Source: Paraspadella gotoi
Lineage: Eukaryota > Animalia > Chaetognatha
Length of the DNA: 64,000 bases
Direction of reading: 5' to 3'
NCBI GenBank assembly: GCA_051294375.1
Contig: CM119263.1
Coordinates: 8,808,908-8,872,907 of the forward strand
The translations under genes were made by a program, and so were the position numbers. The notes beneath the pieces were generated by a model. That model had not been told where the DNA came from. It ran no database searches and saw nothing but the letters and a program-made list of their open reading frames with translations. Shown in pieces: positions 40,397 to 54,738 of this stretch (position 1 is its first letter; each line of letters starts with the position of its first letter).

Positions 40397-40645
40397 CAAT
40401 TTTATTAGACAGTTTTAGTCGGACATGTTTCAACTCTCAAATTAAGTTATTAATTAAGTTATGGAGAGAGAGAGANNNNNNNNNNGAGAGAGAGAGCGCT
40501 AGCTTCCAACAAAGAATCAAGAAAGGACAGTGGTCAGATATGAGGACAGGTGAAGGTTAAGACAGGGAAGAAGGAAAATAGGTTAAATTTGAAGGTGAAA
40601 AATTGAAGGAGAAACATGTCCGACTAAAACTGTCTAATTAAATTG
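40397..40645. repeat. ~35 bp inverted repeat pair (40397-40431 / 40611-40645), possible nested MITE
   Basis: ATTAGACAGTTTTAGTCGGACATGTTTC (40404-40431) is the perfect reverse complement of 40611-40638. The match extends outward with 1 mismatch. A 10-N gap lies between the arms. Confidence 0.7.
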
Positions 40646-41629
40646 TTGTTCATCCCAAATAAAAACCGTTTTTCCTATAATTTTTTCTTTAATAACAATA
40701 AGTCTTATAGCTTATTAGACCTTTAATCTAAGGGGGAATGGACAGACGATTAAACTTTTTTTAAAAAAAAAGTATATTTTAAAGTTTAGATGTTTGAAAT
40801 ATAATACAAAAAAATTATTTTAAACCAAAAAAAAACAAATTCTTAAGAAAAAATTTGAATAAAAAAAAAATTGTTTGTAGACAACGAAATAATTTTCTAT
40901 TTATATTAATATTACATATTATTAATATAATTATTATAATATTATACATAATATTAATAATGTGTATATATAATAATATATAATAAATATTAATAATTAT
41001 TATTATAATAATATATATTATATTAAATACTAAAATATAATAATTTAATACGACAAAACCTACGATAGGAAATCAAAACAAAACTTTTAAACAACAAAAA
41101 AAATAAAAATAAAAAAATTTGTCGCAAAATAATACATCCGCAAAATTTTAAATATTGATGCGAAATAATTTTTTTTGTCGTAAAAAAATACTTACGCGAA
41201 GTTAACTTTGACGCGAAATAAACGTTTATAGGTACTATTTTGTAATCAAATTTAAATAAGAAATGCAATCTCCTCTGAAGATGTTTCATCAATAGCATTT
41301 TTAATGTAATTGATCAATAAAATTGTAAATAAAAACTATAAAGAAATAATATAATTTTAGCTGCTAAATTTATGAAAAAAAAAGACTGAATTCTAAAACA
41401 AAACAATATTTTATGTCATACCTTGGTCATTTTTAACTTTTTAAAAAATACTGCAATATGCAAATGAGATTTTGGTATCATTACAAAATTAAAAAGATTC
41501 GAACTTGTTACGTATCCTAATTTTCATCCAGCAATGATCCTACAATGAAGTAAAAATGATATGCAAGTTCAATAAGAGTGTGTTTATTTTTATTTTATTT
41601 TTATCGGCGATAACGACGGTCCCGGTGAT

Positions 41630-41790
41630 GACTTATTGCAGATTCCGACTCTATAATCGACTTTGTTGGTCCGTCGGTCCACCCCCACAATAAAGATTGA
41701 CTTGATTGATTGATTAATTGATGAAATAATTAATGGATTTAAAGTCTCGATGGAATCATGCGAGTGGAGTTTAAATAGAAAAACAACGTT
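41630..41790 (+). mobile_element. Fragment of the same HINE-like family nested inside the hAT element
   Basis: GCAGATTCCGACTCTATAATCGACTTTGTTGGTCCGTCGGTCC matches 35563-35606. GATGGAATCATGCGAGTGGAGTTTAAAT matches 35901-35935. Confidence 0.6.
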
Positions 41791-42530
41791 CATATTTATA
41801 AATTTTAATTCTTATTAAATTTTAAAGTTTCTTTCTCTTTCTCTAGGTTAAAATGATTGATTGGCTGATTGAATGATTGAATTATAGATTCTCTTATTGA
41901 TTTACCACTAAATAATTGTGTCAACATTATTTGCTCTAACTTGTTTATTGGTAAAACGTTAAATCAAGTTAGCAGGAAAATAGTAATTAATGATTCAAGC
42001 TTAAAAAACGTTCAAATAAAAATGATTTTATAACATGATGAAAATTAAAAGGCATGAATTTTTTTTCATTAAATAAGATTTAATATTTTTTAAAAAATTT
42101 TGGAGCCGGAGCCGGACATATTTTTGATGGCTCCGGCTCCAACTCCGGCTCCAACCAAAACCGAAAAGCAGCTCCAGCTCCGGCTCCGGCTCCAGTTAAA
42201 AAATAAAATCGGCTCCGGCTCCAGCTCCGGCTCCGGCCAAATTTGTCGGCTCCGGCGGCTCCAGCTCCGGCTCCGGCTCCGGCTCCACAACCTGTATCTG
42301 AATGACCAATTATAAACTCAAATTATAGACAGGCGAAATTTGAAATAATGTTGGTGAAATTTAATCAAAGAATTTTAAGAGTCGCGTCAATGACGTCACG
42401 AAGTCAAAGAGACGCGAAACTTGGATGGTTCGTCCTTTGAAAAATTTGGAAAGAGGTTAGGCCTCACCCGAACCGAATAAGGGGAGAGGGAGAAAGGGAG
42501 GAGGTGGGAGGAGGAGGAGGAGGAGAGGAG

Positions 42531-42590
<60 letters not shown>

Positions 42591-43141
42591 GAGAGAGAAA
42601 GAATCCGTAGCAACGTGAAGCTGAAACGGGAAATGTAATATCATGAATGGAATGTGGTAAAGAAAATCAGATGGTATCAAGGTAAATAAAAAGTGAAATA
42701 GAAAGAACTATAAAAAAAAAAAAAATAAAAGTAATGAAATAGAAATAGAAGAAAAGAAAAGAAAAAAATGAACGAAGAAAGAAAAGTTGAGGAGAAAAGA
42801 AAATGGGCGTGGAGAGAGTGACGTCGGACCTGGCGAATTCCTGATTCAGCAACGCCCAAGGAACGTCACTTCTTATCAAATATCAAATTACGCTCTCTCT
42901 CTTTCTTTCTCTCTATCTCTGTCTCTTTATCCCTCTCTCTCTCTCTTTTTCTGTCTCTTTATTCCTCTATATGTTTCTACTCTCATTTTTTTTCCCTTCT
43001 TTCTCTCTCGTCTCTGTCTCTGTCTTTTTCAAACGAAATTTTAAAAAAAATGTTCCAATCTTTATTCATGCAGTCCTCGCTTCGGTTCTCTGACCCATCA
43101 CAGCTACGAGGACAGCAACCAAAACGATAAAAACATAAGAG

Positions 43142-43227
<86 letters not shown>

Positions 43228-43521
43228 CAGGCAATAGAGTTGAAACTTTTTTCTCTCCATTTCTCTTCAACTCTTCTTTTCTCTCTTCTTCAGCTTTGTT
43301 TCAATCAGAAAATGCAGTTACGCCTTCGGGTCATTCTGGAACACAGCTCGCCGCTGACGTCGTCGTCGTTGTCGTCGTCGTTCGTCGTCGCCGTCGTCGC
43401 GTCCTCCGCCGTCACCCCGGCACGTCAACGCCGAGTTGAAATTGATTAATGACCGCAACGGACGGACTGGCGTCTTTGCAAGTATTTGCTGACTACCCTA
43501 ACCTGCGGGGGCGAAGGAGGA

Positions 43522-43593
<72 letters not shown>

Positions 43594-43898
43594 AGAGAGA
43601 CGAAAATTTCGTCAATTCCGGTTTCGGGGAGACTGTCGGATACGATAAACGATAAGAAAGAATTTAAAATTAAAAAAAAAATTAAAAAATAAAAATAAAA
43701 TACCAATAAAGCAAAATGTTTTTTAACTTTAAGCATGCATTTCATTTGCGTAAGAGCAAAAAGATTTATAAAGGTGGCTTTGCATAAAATTTCACTTATT
43801 TTAATTATAGTAATTGTAATTTTTAGCTATGGAAAAGTCATTCTTACTGTACAAATAAAATCGTGTTCTCCTTCCTTTGCTTTGCTTTTACTTGGTTT

Positions 43899-43991
<93 letters not shown>

Positions 43992-46900
43992 AACGGGAAA
44001 ACGTAGATATTGATTTATATTTTTTTTTCATGGGCCGCGGTTGCGGGGGAAAATGATTGCGGTCATGAAACGACAGAGAGAGAGACGTCTGAGAAAGAGA
44101 GAGAGACGGAGAGGTGGAAATGGATGAAAAAGAAAAGGTTAAAAACATAATATAGAATTTGGAAGAATATTTAAAAGCTTCTTTTAAAAAGACAAACTGA
44201 ATTAAGATGTGAATGAGGAACGTTGAGTCTCTGAACGAATGTTTGTAATGCAAACTAAAAATAATATTGTTGAAGAATAATAATTAAATAATGAATTAAT
44301 TGATAAGAAATTAATTGATGAATTTAATTTAATTTTACGATTCATTTATTTATCGTTTTATTATACTTACTTATATATTGAGTATTAGGCCAATAAAACA
44401 AAAATAATCAAAGAGGGAGATGAAGCCCTCGTGAGAGACCATCTCCAATGCACAAGTCCTAATCAAACGTTCGGTTCCACTCCCGTCTCTTTCTCATTCC
44501 AACTTCGACAATTTCACGTGATCTATTTTCGACCAATGGAGGCCGAGTTCATCCAGGATCCGACCGAGATGCTCGATGATACCAATTTCGATGGCACCTC
44601 AAAATTTTTTTTTTGGTCCTATAATATGGAGATCGGCGAAAAGATCTTTTGCCAATGAAGGGCGTGCCTTCCACATCCGGCGCAGAAGGGGATGAAAGGT
44701 AGGAAGGGCGGAGGAAAGGAAAGAGAAAATGGAAAGGGAGCAAGAGTTAAATCGTGTTGTGAAGGTGGATGTAAGAACGGACTTGATATGCATGGGATAC
44801 AGGACGTCTATAGCGGATTCGACCTATGAACACACGGTCAACCTAATGATGACCAGAGTGAAAAATACCTTCCCGTTAAATGCCAGGACTAAAGAGAGAG
44901 AGAGATCAGAGAGAGAGACAGAGAAAGATCCGTAGGAAAGTCAGTATGGGAGAGTTAGAGAAAGAAATGAGAAAGATGATGAAAGGCAACTAGCAGTGCG
45001 AACAGTAAGGGTTGTAAAAAGGAGTATTGTTACGAGGAAGAGCGTCAGCCGCTACCGGAGAGATGCGACAGGGAGCTGATAGTCACGGTAGAGTATGAAC
45101 CGATGTGTGTCTCATAGTCCAGTAACGGGCGATAACAGTATATGAGTCAACAGTGAAGATAAGTCCTCGCAAGCAGACAGAGATGCCTTGCACGCAGAGC
45201 TGCCGTAAAAAGATAATAGTAGCTGTTGACAGGTAGACAATAGAAGAGCGTATCGCACCTAAATGTGGTTATCGGATCAAGTATTATCAAGAGGATAAGC
45301 AAGAATAGGTTACTGATTCAATTAGACGCCTGCACCACGCATATCGGTTGAATGGAGCGGAGATGAAGTAACGATAAGCAAACTAGAATGTAGGAAGATG
45401 CGGAGACGGATGGAAGGGGAGACGAGAGAAGTGGATAAGAGATGCAGAAGGAATAAAACAAAAGCAAAAAAAAAGAAGAAACAGCTTAGAAAAGAAAAAA
45501 GAAGAGAGAAGTTGGAAGGGAATGAGGAAATAAGAACAAAAGCGAAAAATGGAGATAAAAAAGGGAAGAAAGAGAAAAATGGCGAATAGAAACAAAATGG
45601 GAGAAAATTAGCGAATGCGAAGAAAATGCGATAAAAAGGGAAATGGCGAATGGAAAAAAGGCGTAAATGCGCAGATGCGAAAAAAAAGGGAAAAAAATGG
45701 GCGAATGGTTATAAAGGGAGGGAAAATGAGGATAGGAAAAAAAATGGGAAAAATGGGGAAAGCAAAGCCCAGGAGCAGGATGGGGAGGAAGCGGAGCTCG
45801 AGTCTTGTTAACTAAATTGTTCGCCGTCAGACAAAGAGATGGATGGGCGGCGAAAGAAAGCTGGCGACATCCGGGAAGGAAAAGGTGGAAGAGGCCGACA
45901 GGAGAGAAGGGCATGCGCATGGGAAGGGAAGCAAGAAACGGTGGAAAGCCGACGAGGGAAGAAGGGCGTGGCATGGGAAGGGCAATGAAGGAAAAAGGTG
46001 CAAAGAGGCCGACAAGGAAGCAAGGGCGCATGGCATGGGGAGGGTTGCGAGTGGTAACGGGACTATGGGAGAGTGGAAGGAAAGGTGGATTAAGTTTGCA
46101 GGGACATGGGAAGGGAACATGGGAGGAAAAAAGAAAAGGTAAGGACAATTGGGACAAATGGGCGACGGGAAGGAAAGGATGTAATTTGAAATTGCTTGGA
46201 ATAAAATGTAATCGAAATTTGGCAATACGAAAAAAAATCTTAAGATGTTTTTACTTAATAATTTTGTACTTCGCCTTCCTTAACATTTTTTTAAAAAGAT
46301 TTATTCTATTTCTTAATTCGAGAAGGAGAGAAACGAGATTCTGTCGGCTAGGAGAAAATTAGAAATAGGAGAAGCGCAATTCTGAAGCTCAGGAAAAGTA
46401 AGAGGACCTAACGCGGAGCATGCAACGGATAGAGGAGCTGAAAAGGGGGATCCAAAGTTGGGACCTAGGGGAAAAAAGAGAGGCGAAAAAACTAGATATC
46501 AAAAGAAAAAAAAAATATAAACAAACAAACAAAAATAAATATAATAAATAAATAAATTAAATAAATAAATAAATAAATTAAATAAATAAATAAACTAAAT
46601 AAATACAATAAATAAAGGGGAAAAAGAAAAAAGAAAGAAAAGAAAGAAAGACAAGAAAAGTAGAAAGATAAAAAGAAGAAAGAAAGAGAAGAAGAAAGAA
46701 AGAAAGAAAGGGAAAGATAAATTCCTCAGTATAACTGGACCGAGTTACGCGGCGAAAAAACTTGACACCTTTGTCCTCAGCCACTTAAAGAGAGACTTCT
46801 TTGGTTGTCGAGGAAACACTGAATTAATCTTCGACTGAACAGGACGGCAAGTTTCTCGTTACTTAATTAAAGTCGCTTTCCTGTCGGCATCGGCTGTATA

Positions 46901-47295
46901 AATCGACGCCGAGAAATATATTTTTCGTTCGCGTCGTTTACAGTAAATCTAGTAAAATTAATTTCGACGGCCTTCTGATCGATTACATGTTCGTTTTCAT
47001 AAAATTGTTAACAAAAATTGAGTAATAATTTGAATATGAATGAAAGATGGCCCTGCCAAAAAGGAAAAAAGAAACAGTACTCCTAGAAAGTCTTTCATAA
47101 ATCCCGATTAAAAGCGATTTATAGCGATGGAAGAGCGAATGAAAAAGCGATTCAAATACGATCTTCGGCATCTCACGCTTCGATCATTATCGCGCTCTCG
47201 AATTCTTAAAAAGTTGTTACAATTAAGGAAGGAACCCTTCCCTTCCCTGACTTTTCTCAATCTCTCTCTTCTCTCTCTCTCTTCTCTCTCTCTCG

Positions 47296-47350
<55 letters not shown>

Positions 47351-47561
47351 CTCCTTCTCTCTCCCTCCCCCCTTTTTTCACCTGTCTTCTCTTCTCCTTC
47401 ACTCGGATCTCAATCGATAGCTCCATCATGATTCATTTATGGTCGCCCATAAAAAGTCATGATGCGACTCATTGCGTCTCCATTTAAGACGCAGTTTCGG
47501 ACGACGACGACGATGACGAATGCGACGATGACGACACGAGCCGCACGCCATAACGACGACA

Positions 47562-47670
47562 GTGTTTGCTTCAGCTAGAATCGGTCCGGGCGGCGAAAAT
47601 GCTCGACTTGTAATCGCTTTGTTATTCGTTCCTCCAAACGACGTTTGTTTATCTTTCCGCTACGAAGTTT
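47562..47670 (+). other. Possible isolated MAM-domain-like exon or remnant
   Basis: FASARIGPGGENARLVIALLFVPPNDVCLSFRY resembles the MAM pattern AS....G..ARL.SP.......CL.F.Y. No partner exons were confirmed. Confidence 0.25.
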
Positions 47671-48272
47671 GTTTCTTCGGAGCGTCTGGCAGCAGGCCGC
47701 ATCGACGGGAAAGACGGACCACGCGCGGAACGCCGGACGTCCGCGACGCCGGAACGCGCGACGCGACGCGCAACCGCGGCCTGGGCTTATCGAAGAAATA
47801 CATGAGCAGCAAGAATAAAGTGAAAAATCTTCGGAAGAGAGGGGGCAATATGTGGATCCAGTCATCGTAGAATTTACTTTCACTACAGTAACATCGAAAA
47901 GTTATGATTTTTGAACTGGCTCTCAAACAAATATATAAAAAACGAAAAAATCTTTGCTTCGCTTCGACCTCTTTGGTAACAGATTCGACCAATACAAGGC
48001 TGAGCAATCAGAAAGTGAGAAGCAAAAAGTAAATTTCCTGTGAACTCGATTACTTTTCACGCTCAAACGCTCTGCTGTTCGTTTTCCTACTTTTTATCCG
48101 TCTTCTAAATTTCTATTTTTTTTTCCCCTTTTTTCTCATCTTTTCCTCGACGATTTCGATCATAATGAAGATTTATCGGTCTGCAATATTGAATTCTTAA
48201 CAAAGCTGCTTTCGCGCACAATCTTCTGGATGGCTTCATTATTTCTCTCTCCCTTCTCCATTTGTCTTCTTT

Positions 48273-48328
<56 letters not shown>

Positions 48329-48511
48329 TTCCTCTCTCTGATCAAGCTGTTCCGAACCCGCGGCGTCTTTATGGTCTGGTGCCATGCATCACTCCATACT
48401 CGTCGTCGTCCGTCGCCTTCCCTTCGAGGAAGAAAACCATTACTGGCAGTGTGTACGATGAGGACGCATTGATGCGGGTTGTAGCGGGAAAGCTTTCCCT
48501 TTCGAGCGGCC

Positions 48512-48608
<97 letters not shown>

Positions 48609-50162
48609 GCCCTGTCGCTCCTCCCCTCCCTCGTTCTCTCTCATCGTTTATAATCACAGCGAAACAATGTTAATTTTCTACTAGAAAAAAAATTACAAGA
48701 GAGAAAAACGAAAAACAGAAAAAGACGTTCCGGTTAATAAGGATGACAAAAGCGCGTTGCGATCGCCACTTGAAACAGACAAGAACAACCCCCATATTTC
48801 AGTGTGAACTGTAGATATACTCATTGACTCAAGTCCAACGGACGATTAAGATTTTTTTAGATTTGGCATGCCACTGCCCCGTGCCTGCACATGCAAAATC
48901 GATTTCTAAGATTTACATAGCCAATTTTGCGAATCGGACTTGGAACTTGTCTAACTCGAATATGTAAATTTCATTTTATTTCTTCGTTCGTATAAGTAAT
49001 TAAAAGGTTAAAATCAAAATTTATGGTAAAACTTCCGCTCTGAATTGAAATTATCTCTGATTGGCGACGGTCGTTTCATTACGTCAATGACGGTACATTA
49101 TCCATATCTGTCAATCCGAAAGCGAGGAAAGTTAATGGATCAAACATATAACTTGTCTGAGTTTCGTTATATAATGACAATATGAAAAAGTTCTTCTACA
49201 GCGAAACGAAGCGACTCGGGTTCGTACTCTCGTTGTGTCGGTCGAGTCGGTGTCGCGATATCAAGAATTTGTAATGAATCGTGATATCAACGTTTAAATA
49301 CAAAAAGAACTTAGCCTTTAATTGCAACATCGTTTAGAAGATTACTCGATTGATGACGCGACGAGGTCTAATTTTCCTCCAGCATATTTGATCGTTGTTA
49401 TTCGTTAAAAGAAATATATTTTTTTCTTTTTTTTTCATTCTTTTATTTTTTTCCTCCGACGAGGGTTTTTAATACGCTTTTACTTAGTAATTGTTTTTTA
49501 GCGAAAATTTCCGATTTTAGCGACCGAAGAAAAGTCTTAACGTTGTAGNNNNNNNNNNNNNNNNNNNNNNNNNNNNNNNNNNNNNNNNNNNNNNNNNNNN
49601 NNNNNNNNNNNNNNNNNNNNNNNNNNNNNNNNNNNNNNNNNNNNNNNNTAAGTTGAATATAAATTTAAAATTAATTATTACATTTTTTCATGAATGACGC
49701 GAGGATAAAATTATCAATTTTTATCACTCTCGACCGAAGCGCCACTCTCGAACTGTAAATCGGATTGCTCTCACAGTTGTGAAAGCGGAGATGGCGACCT
49801 CTCACGTTTCACGTCCCCAGTTGCGAACAAGAGAAAGAGTTGTTTCTCCGCGACCCGTGATTTCGATTGCGTGAAAGAGAAGAATGTGAATTTTCGTTCC
49901 GAATCGAAAAGGTTTTTGGGTGAGGTCTACTGAGGGGTGGGTGAAGAGAAGTCAGGATGATAATTTGGTAGATGGAAAGGGGGAAGGAAGGAAGGGTGGC
50001 ATCCGGCAAAGAATGGGGTCATGTCCGGCGAAGAAGGGAGTTCGAGGATCTCGGGATCCGAATCGGGAAACTCTCAACATCGATCACCATAAAGGGTCGA
50101 CGTGGTCGGGTTGTGAACGAGCCTCATTAGACCGAGGACTCCTTGTTCTCCGCAAAGGATCA

Positions 50163-50198
<36 letters not shown>

Positions 50199-50993
50199 TC
50201 GTTCACATAGACGTCAATTTTACACTTCTCCTTTACTCCGCCATGAATTTCTCCCATTAACTTCCTTCATAAATTTCCGCCCATCGACTTCATCGCTTCG
50301 TCCTCGGCGAAGGATCTCAATCGCCCATCGGAGAACAGAAACTCATCAAAGTCTTCGTATGAGATTCGCCGCTGAGTTCGCCGCTGGACTCGCCGCAGCG
50401 ATCGTCGTTGGAATCACAGCGGAATTTACCGAAGCGTTCTCCATTGAAAGTGACGCAACGCCGCGTCTTCGCATTTAATTCTTTGAAGCTCGATCTTTTC
50501 ATGACTTACAACTTGAATCGCCGCTGGAGTCGCCGCTTCGTTCGCAGCCTCGTTCGTCGCTGGATTCGCCACTTCGCCGCTTTGTTGGTCGTTTCGTTCG
50601 CTGCTTCTTTCCCCGCAGGGATCGTTTTTTTTATTTTCGCTCCACAACTCAACAGCTTCATTTAATGAATTCTCTTTTGAAGCTTCGTGTCTCTTTTCCT
50701 CCAAGAACCGATATTTTTTTAGGAAACGAGGAATTGCAAAATTCATATTCTTAGTCGCTTGAGGCGATTTTGGCTCTCTCTTACAGCGTCAAATGTCAAT
50801 TGTTTATCAGTTTTTTTTATTATCTGACCATTTAACTATATTAAAATCATATTACTGTAAGATCACGTCCGGATTATAATACTTTCGAAGGAAGTATCAA
50901 TATTTCATAGGAAGTATCAATATTCTCCAATAAATTGTTAAACGAAATGTTCATTAAAAAAAATAAACTCTAAACCTGTGGTGACAGTAGAGA

Positions 50994-51034
<41 letters not shown>

Positions 51035-51320
51035 CCGATACTGGTACTGTTGGATTGTTTGATTTAGGTATTTTTCGACCTATTAACGCATCAAAATCAC
51101 GAGCCAAGTTAGAGGGATGCTTCGTCGCATCTGGCGAAAACCCGGATGAAGAATTGGACGTCGTCGAAACTCAATTCTTAATTGTTTGCTTATTTGATAT
51201 TCATACGATTATTAATTTATAAAGAAGAGACGCTTGAAAGCCTTTGTTTTTTCCCTTGACGTGCGGAAACCATGGTTACGGTTTGACGCCCTGACGTTTG
51301 ACGCGCCTTTGAATCGTCGC

Positions 51321-51386
<66 letters not shown>

Positions 51387-51844
51387 TTTTCCTGTCATTT
51401 TAGAAGTCAACTTTTATTTCAAAGTCGTCCTTCTTGTCATCGTTATTTTTTTTAAACGTAGTTTTCTTGTCGTTTTACGAACAATGTACAAATGTGTGAT
51501 TGTATAATTGTATTAATTGGAGGTAATCGTAAGACCAAAGAGTTTAAACAAGAATTGTTTATAAGGGTATTTTGCATAGAAAAGATCGGATTATTTCGGT
51601 AAAAAAATAACAAATTATATTTAAGGCGCGAAATAGCAATGTTTATTATATTACTGTACTAAAGCAAACGATTTGCAACCATCAAGCAATTGTATTCGGT
51701 TCGTCAGGCTAATGCCTCCCGGCTCTCGGTTTCTTTATTGATTGTCATTTACGAGCCTCTCTTAAGTAAGTGGTGGCTGAGTAAGGTCAGAGGAAAGGCA
51801 AGAAAACCGGAAGGTCAAAGGTCAAAGTCGTTATTACCTTTTCC

Positions 51845-51917
<73 letters not shown>

Positions 51918-52119
51918 GCGAATTATGCGCGAAGAGTTGAATTTTCGCGGAATCTCGAGTATGCAAATGAGTTTGATGGCACTCGGAAACTCCTTTTATC
52001 TCGTTTGCATATTTCGTGATAATTTTTGTTGCCGTTTTATTTTGAGAAAGAAATAAGAGGATTTAGAGCCAGATGTTTTTATGAGAGAGTGCGGTCTCCA
52101 GTAGAGAGAGAAGAGAGCG

Positions 52120-52158
<39 letters not shown>

Positions 52159-52699
52159 GTGTTTTGGTCTGGAAGACATTGAAAGATCCTGAGAATCTCT
52201 CGTTCTGTTGGTCGTGAAACCATTAACGGACTAAAGGGACTTTTTCCTCTCTTCAACTTTTCACAACTTTTCTTTTTTCCCCCAACCACATTCTCGACTT
52301 TTCTGTTCTCGACTTTTCTTTTCTCGACTTTTCTTTTCTCTTTCTTCCTTCTTTCACAACTTCTCTCGGCAACGCCTCGGGCTTTTGTTTTATCTTAACT
52401 TTTTCCGTTAAATTTATAATTACCATTTTATAATTACTAAATTACTAATACCTATTTCATTATGCTGCAACCTTATAAATTGAAAATAAAAAACGGTGGT
52501 CAATTTTGTAGTTGCAAAATAAAGAGTTCTATAAAATAATCAGGAAATTAGTTCTTCTCTCTGCGATAACGACAACAACAACGACGAGGACGACGATTCC
52601 AACAACAACAACAACTACGTCAACGACGAGGGACGAAGCTCAAGCAGCGAAGGGACGATGATGACGGGAACTGGATGATCGTTACGGGATCAAGGCTGG

Positions 52700-53720
52700 A
52701 CGGACATCGTCGGCACGGTTGTCGTCGGGTTCGTCAGCGTAGTTGTCGTCGTGTTCGTCGTTGTGTTCGTCGTCGTGTTCGTCGNNNNNNNNNNNNNNNN
52801 NNNNNNNNNATGCGTCTAGAAGAGGATACAACAACTAACGTCAACGCGAGGACGAAGCTCAAGTTGCAGCGAAGGGACCGATATGACGGAACTGGATGAT
52901 CGTTCACGGGATCAACAGGCTGGAGCGGACATCGGCTGGCAAGCGGGTGTCCGTCGGGTTCGTCAAGCGGTAGCTTGTCGTTCGTGATTGTCGTCTGGTG
53001 TTCGTCGTCTGCGCGCGGTCATACCGTCGGTACATCGTCTTCAAGTCGTCGACGTCGTCTTCGTCGTCGTCAGTGCGTCGTCGTCAATCGGTCGTCGGTC
53101 CATCCCAATCGACGTCTCATACGGTCGTAGAATCGTCGATCGCGTCATCATACGACGTCTCAAACGTCGTTCGGTCGTCAGTCGTCGTCATGCATCGAAT
53201 TCTCAAAAGGTCGTCTCGTCAGTCGCATACGAACTCGACGTCATCAACGGTCGTCGCGTCCGTCGTCGTCAATGCATCAATCGACATCTTCAAAGGTCGA
53301 TCGTCGCTCATCATTCAGACGTCCTCAAACGGTCGTTCTCGTCGTCGTCGTCGTCATCACGACATCTCAAAAGGTCGTCGTCGCTCGTCGTCATCAGTCG
53401 GACGTCTCAAACCGCTCGTCGTCCGCTCAGTCGTCGTCATCATCAGACATCTCAAAGGTCGTCGTCGTCGTCGATCCATCATCAGAACCGGTCTCAACGG
53501 TCGTACGTCGTCGTCGTCCGTTTCATCATCGACATATCAAAGGTCGTCGTCGTCCGTCGTCATCAATCGACGTCTCAACGGCTCGCTCGTCGTGTCCCCG
53601 TCGTCATCACAATCGACCGTCTCAACGGGTCCGTCGTCGTCATCGTCGTCGTCGTCGTCATCATCGACGTCTCAACGGTCGTAGTCGTCGTCGTCGTCGT
53701 CATCATCGACATCTCAAAGG
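52700..53720. repeat. (GTC)n-derived minisatellite; ~33-36 bp unit GTCGTCGTCATCATCGACATCTCAAAG preceded by 12-bp periodic repeats
   Basis: The unit is repeated more than 15 times and becomes noisier towards the 25-N gap at 52785-52809. Confidence 0.85.
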
Positions 53721-53843
53721 TGTGCTTTGAAAGCCGCCAGACCAAAGCCGCCTGGTGGTGGAAGGAAGACTTTTTCCTTTTTTTTGTTAATTTTTAATCC
53801 TCATTTCTCCACAGGTCTCACTCTCTTTCTATTTTTCAATATC

Positions 53844-53890
<47 letters not shown>

Positions 53891-54496
53891 GTAACTTTCA
53901 TATTGGTTTTCAGTTAATTTGATTGCCATGCCGTACTGATTCGACTTTCTATTGTTGCTTTTCTCTCTCTGCTCATATTTATGCCCTGCGTTTATCAGCT
54001 GTTGTGAAGGTTTTGGAGGAATTTGAATTTTTTTACAAAAAAAAAATTTAAATTTTTTCAAGAAAAAAATTTTTTTCCTCGTTGCAGCTTTTTCATAAAC
54101 TAATTTGAAATTCCAAAGGAAAACGTAGAAAGAGCTGAGAGGTCTTTTCGCTGTTTAAATCGAAAATAGCGACTGTCACCGGATAATTTCAGGTTAACTG
54201 AGGTTTATTTAATAATATTTTACTATAAAAATTATATGATAATCACGGCTAATTTCTTTTCTTCATAATAATCACTAAAAGTTTGCAGGGAAATATTAAA
54301 AAGAAACCCTTTTTATGATAAATATTTAAATGTACAGCAATTTAAAAATATTTTTAAAAGGTTGTTCATTTTTCTTATTTGATAGTGGCGACCCAAAAAA
54401 TCGATGGCACTTGGCTTCTCTTTGAAGATGAAAAATCGAAACGCGTTGACAACTATTTTCTCATTAAAAAGTTTTCCCCCCGACGCCTCTTTGTAA

Positions 54497-54535
<39 letters not shown>

Positions 54536-54627
54536 TCTGCTCTTCTCTTCTCCTCTCTTTCTCATTCATTTGCTCACCTTACCTTTTTAACTTCATTTCA
54601 CTGTTCCATTCCCTTTTGTTCTTCCTT

Positions 54628-54703
54628 AATCTGAAGAAAGTCGATCTACACGATGGAGAGAGACGAAGAGAGAGAGAGAGGGAGAGAGAGAGAGAGAGAG
54701 AGA

Positions 54704-54738
<35 letters not shown>

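Larger units (their letters stand above)
36329..42294 (-). mobile_element. hAT-superfamily DNA transposon, about 6 kb
   Basis: Left TIR CAGGGTTGTGGAGCCG at 36329 and right TIR CGGCTCCACAACCTG ending at 42294 (one base shorter). (GGCTCC)n subterminal arrays at 36360-36512 and 42101-42286. Encloses an intact hAT transposase. No 8-bp TSD is visible. Confidence 0.88.

Noticed and set aside
45380-46360. G/K/R-rich ORFs on both strands
   Set aside because: Purine-rich low-complexity sequence with a degenerate ~60 bp repeat. No domain or splice support.
52988-53797. Overlapping 269/228/152-aa ORFs
   Set aside because: Stop-free translations of (GTC)n-derived repeats in a noisy gap-fill segment.
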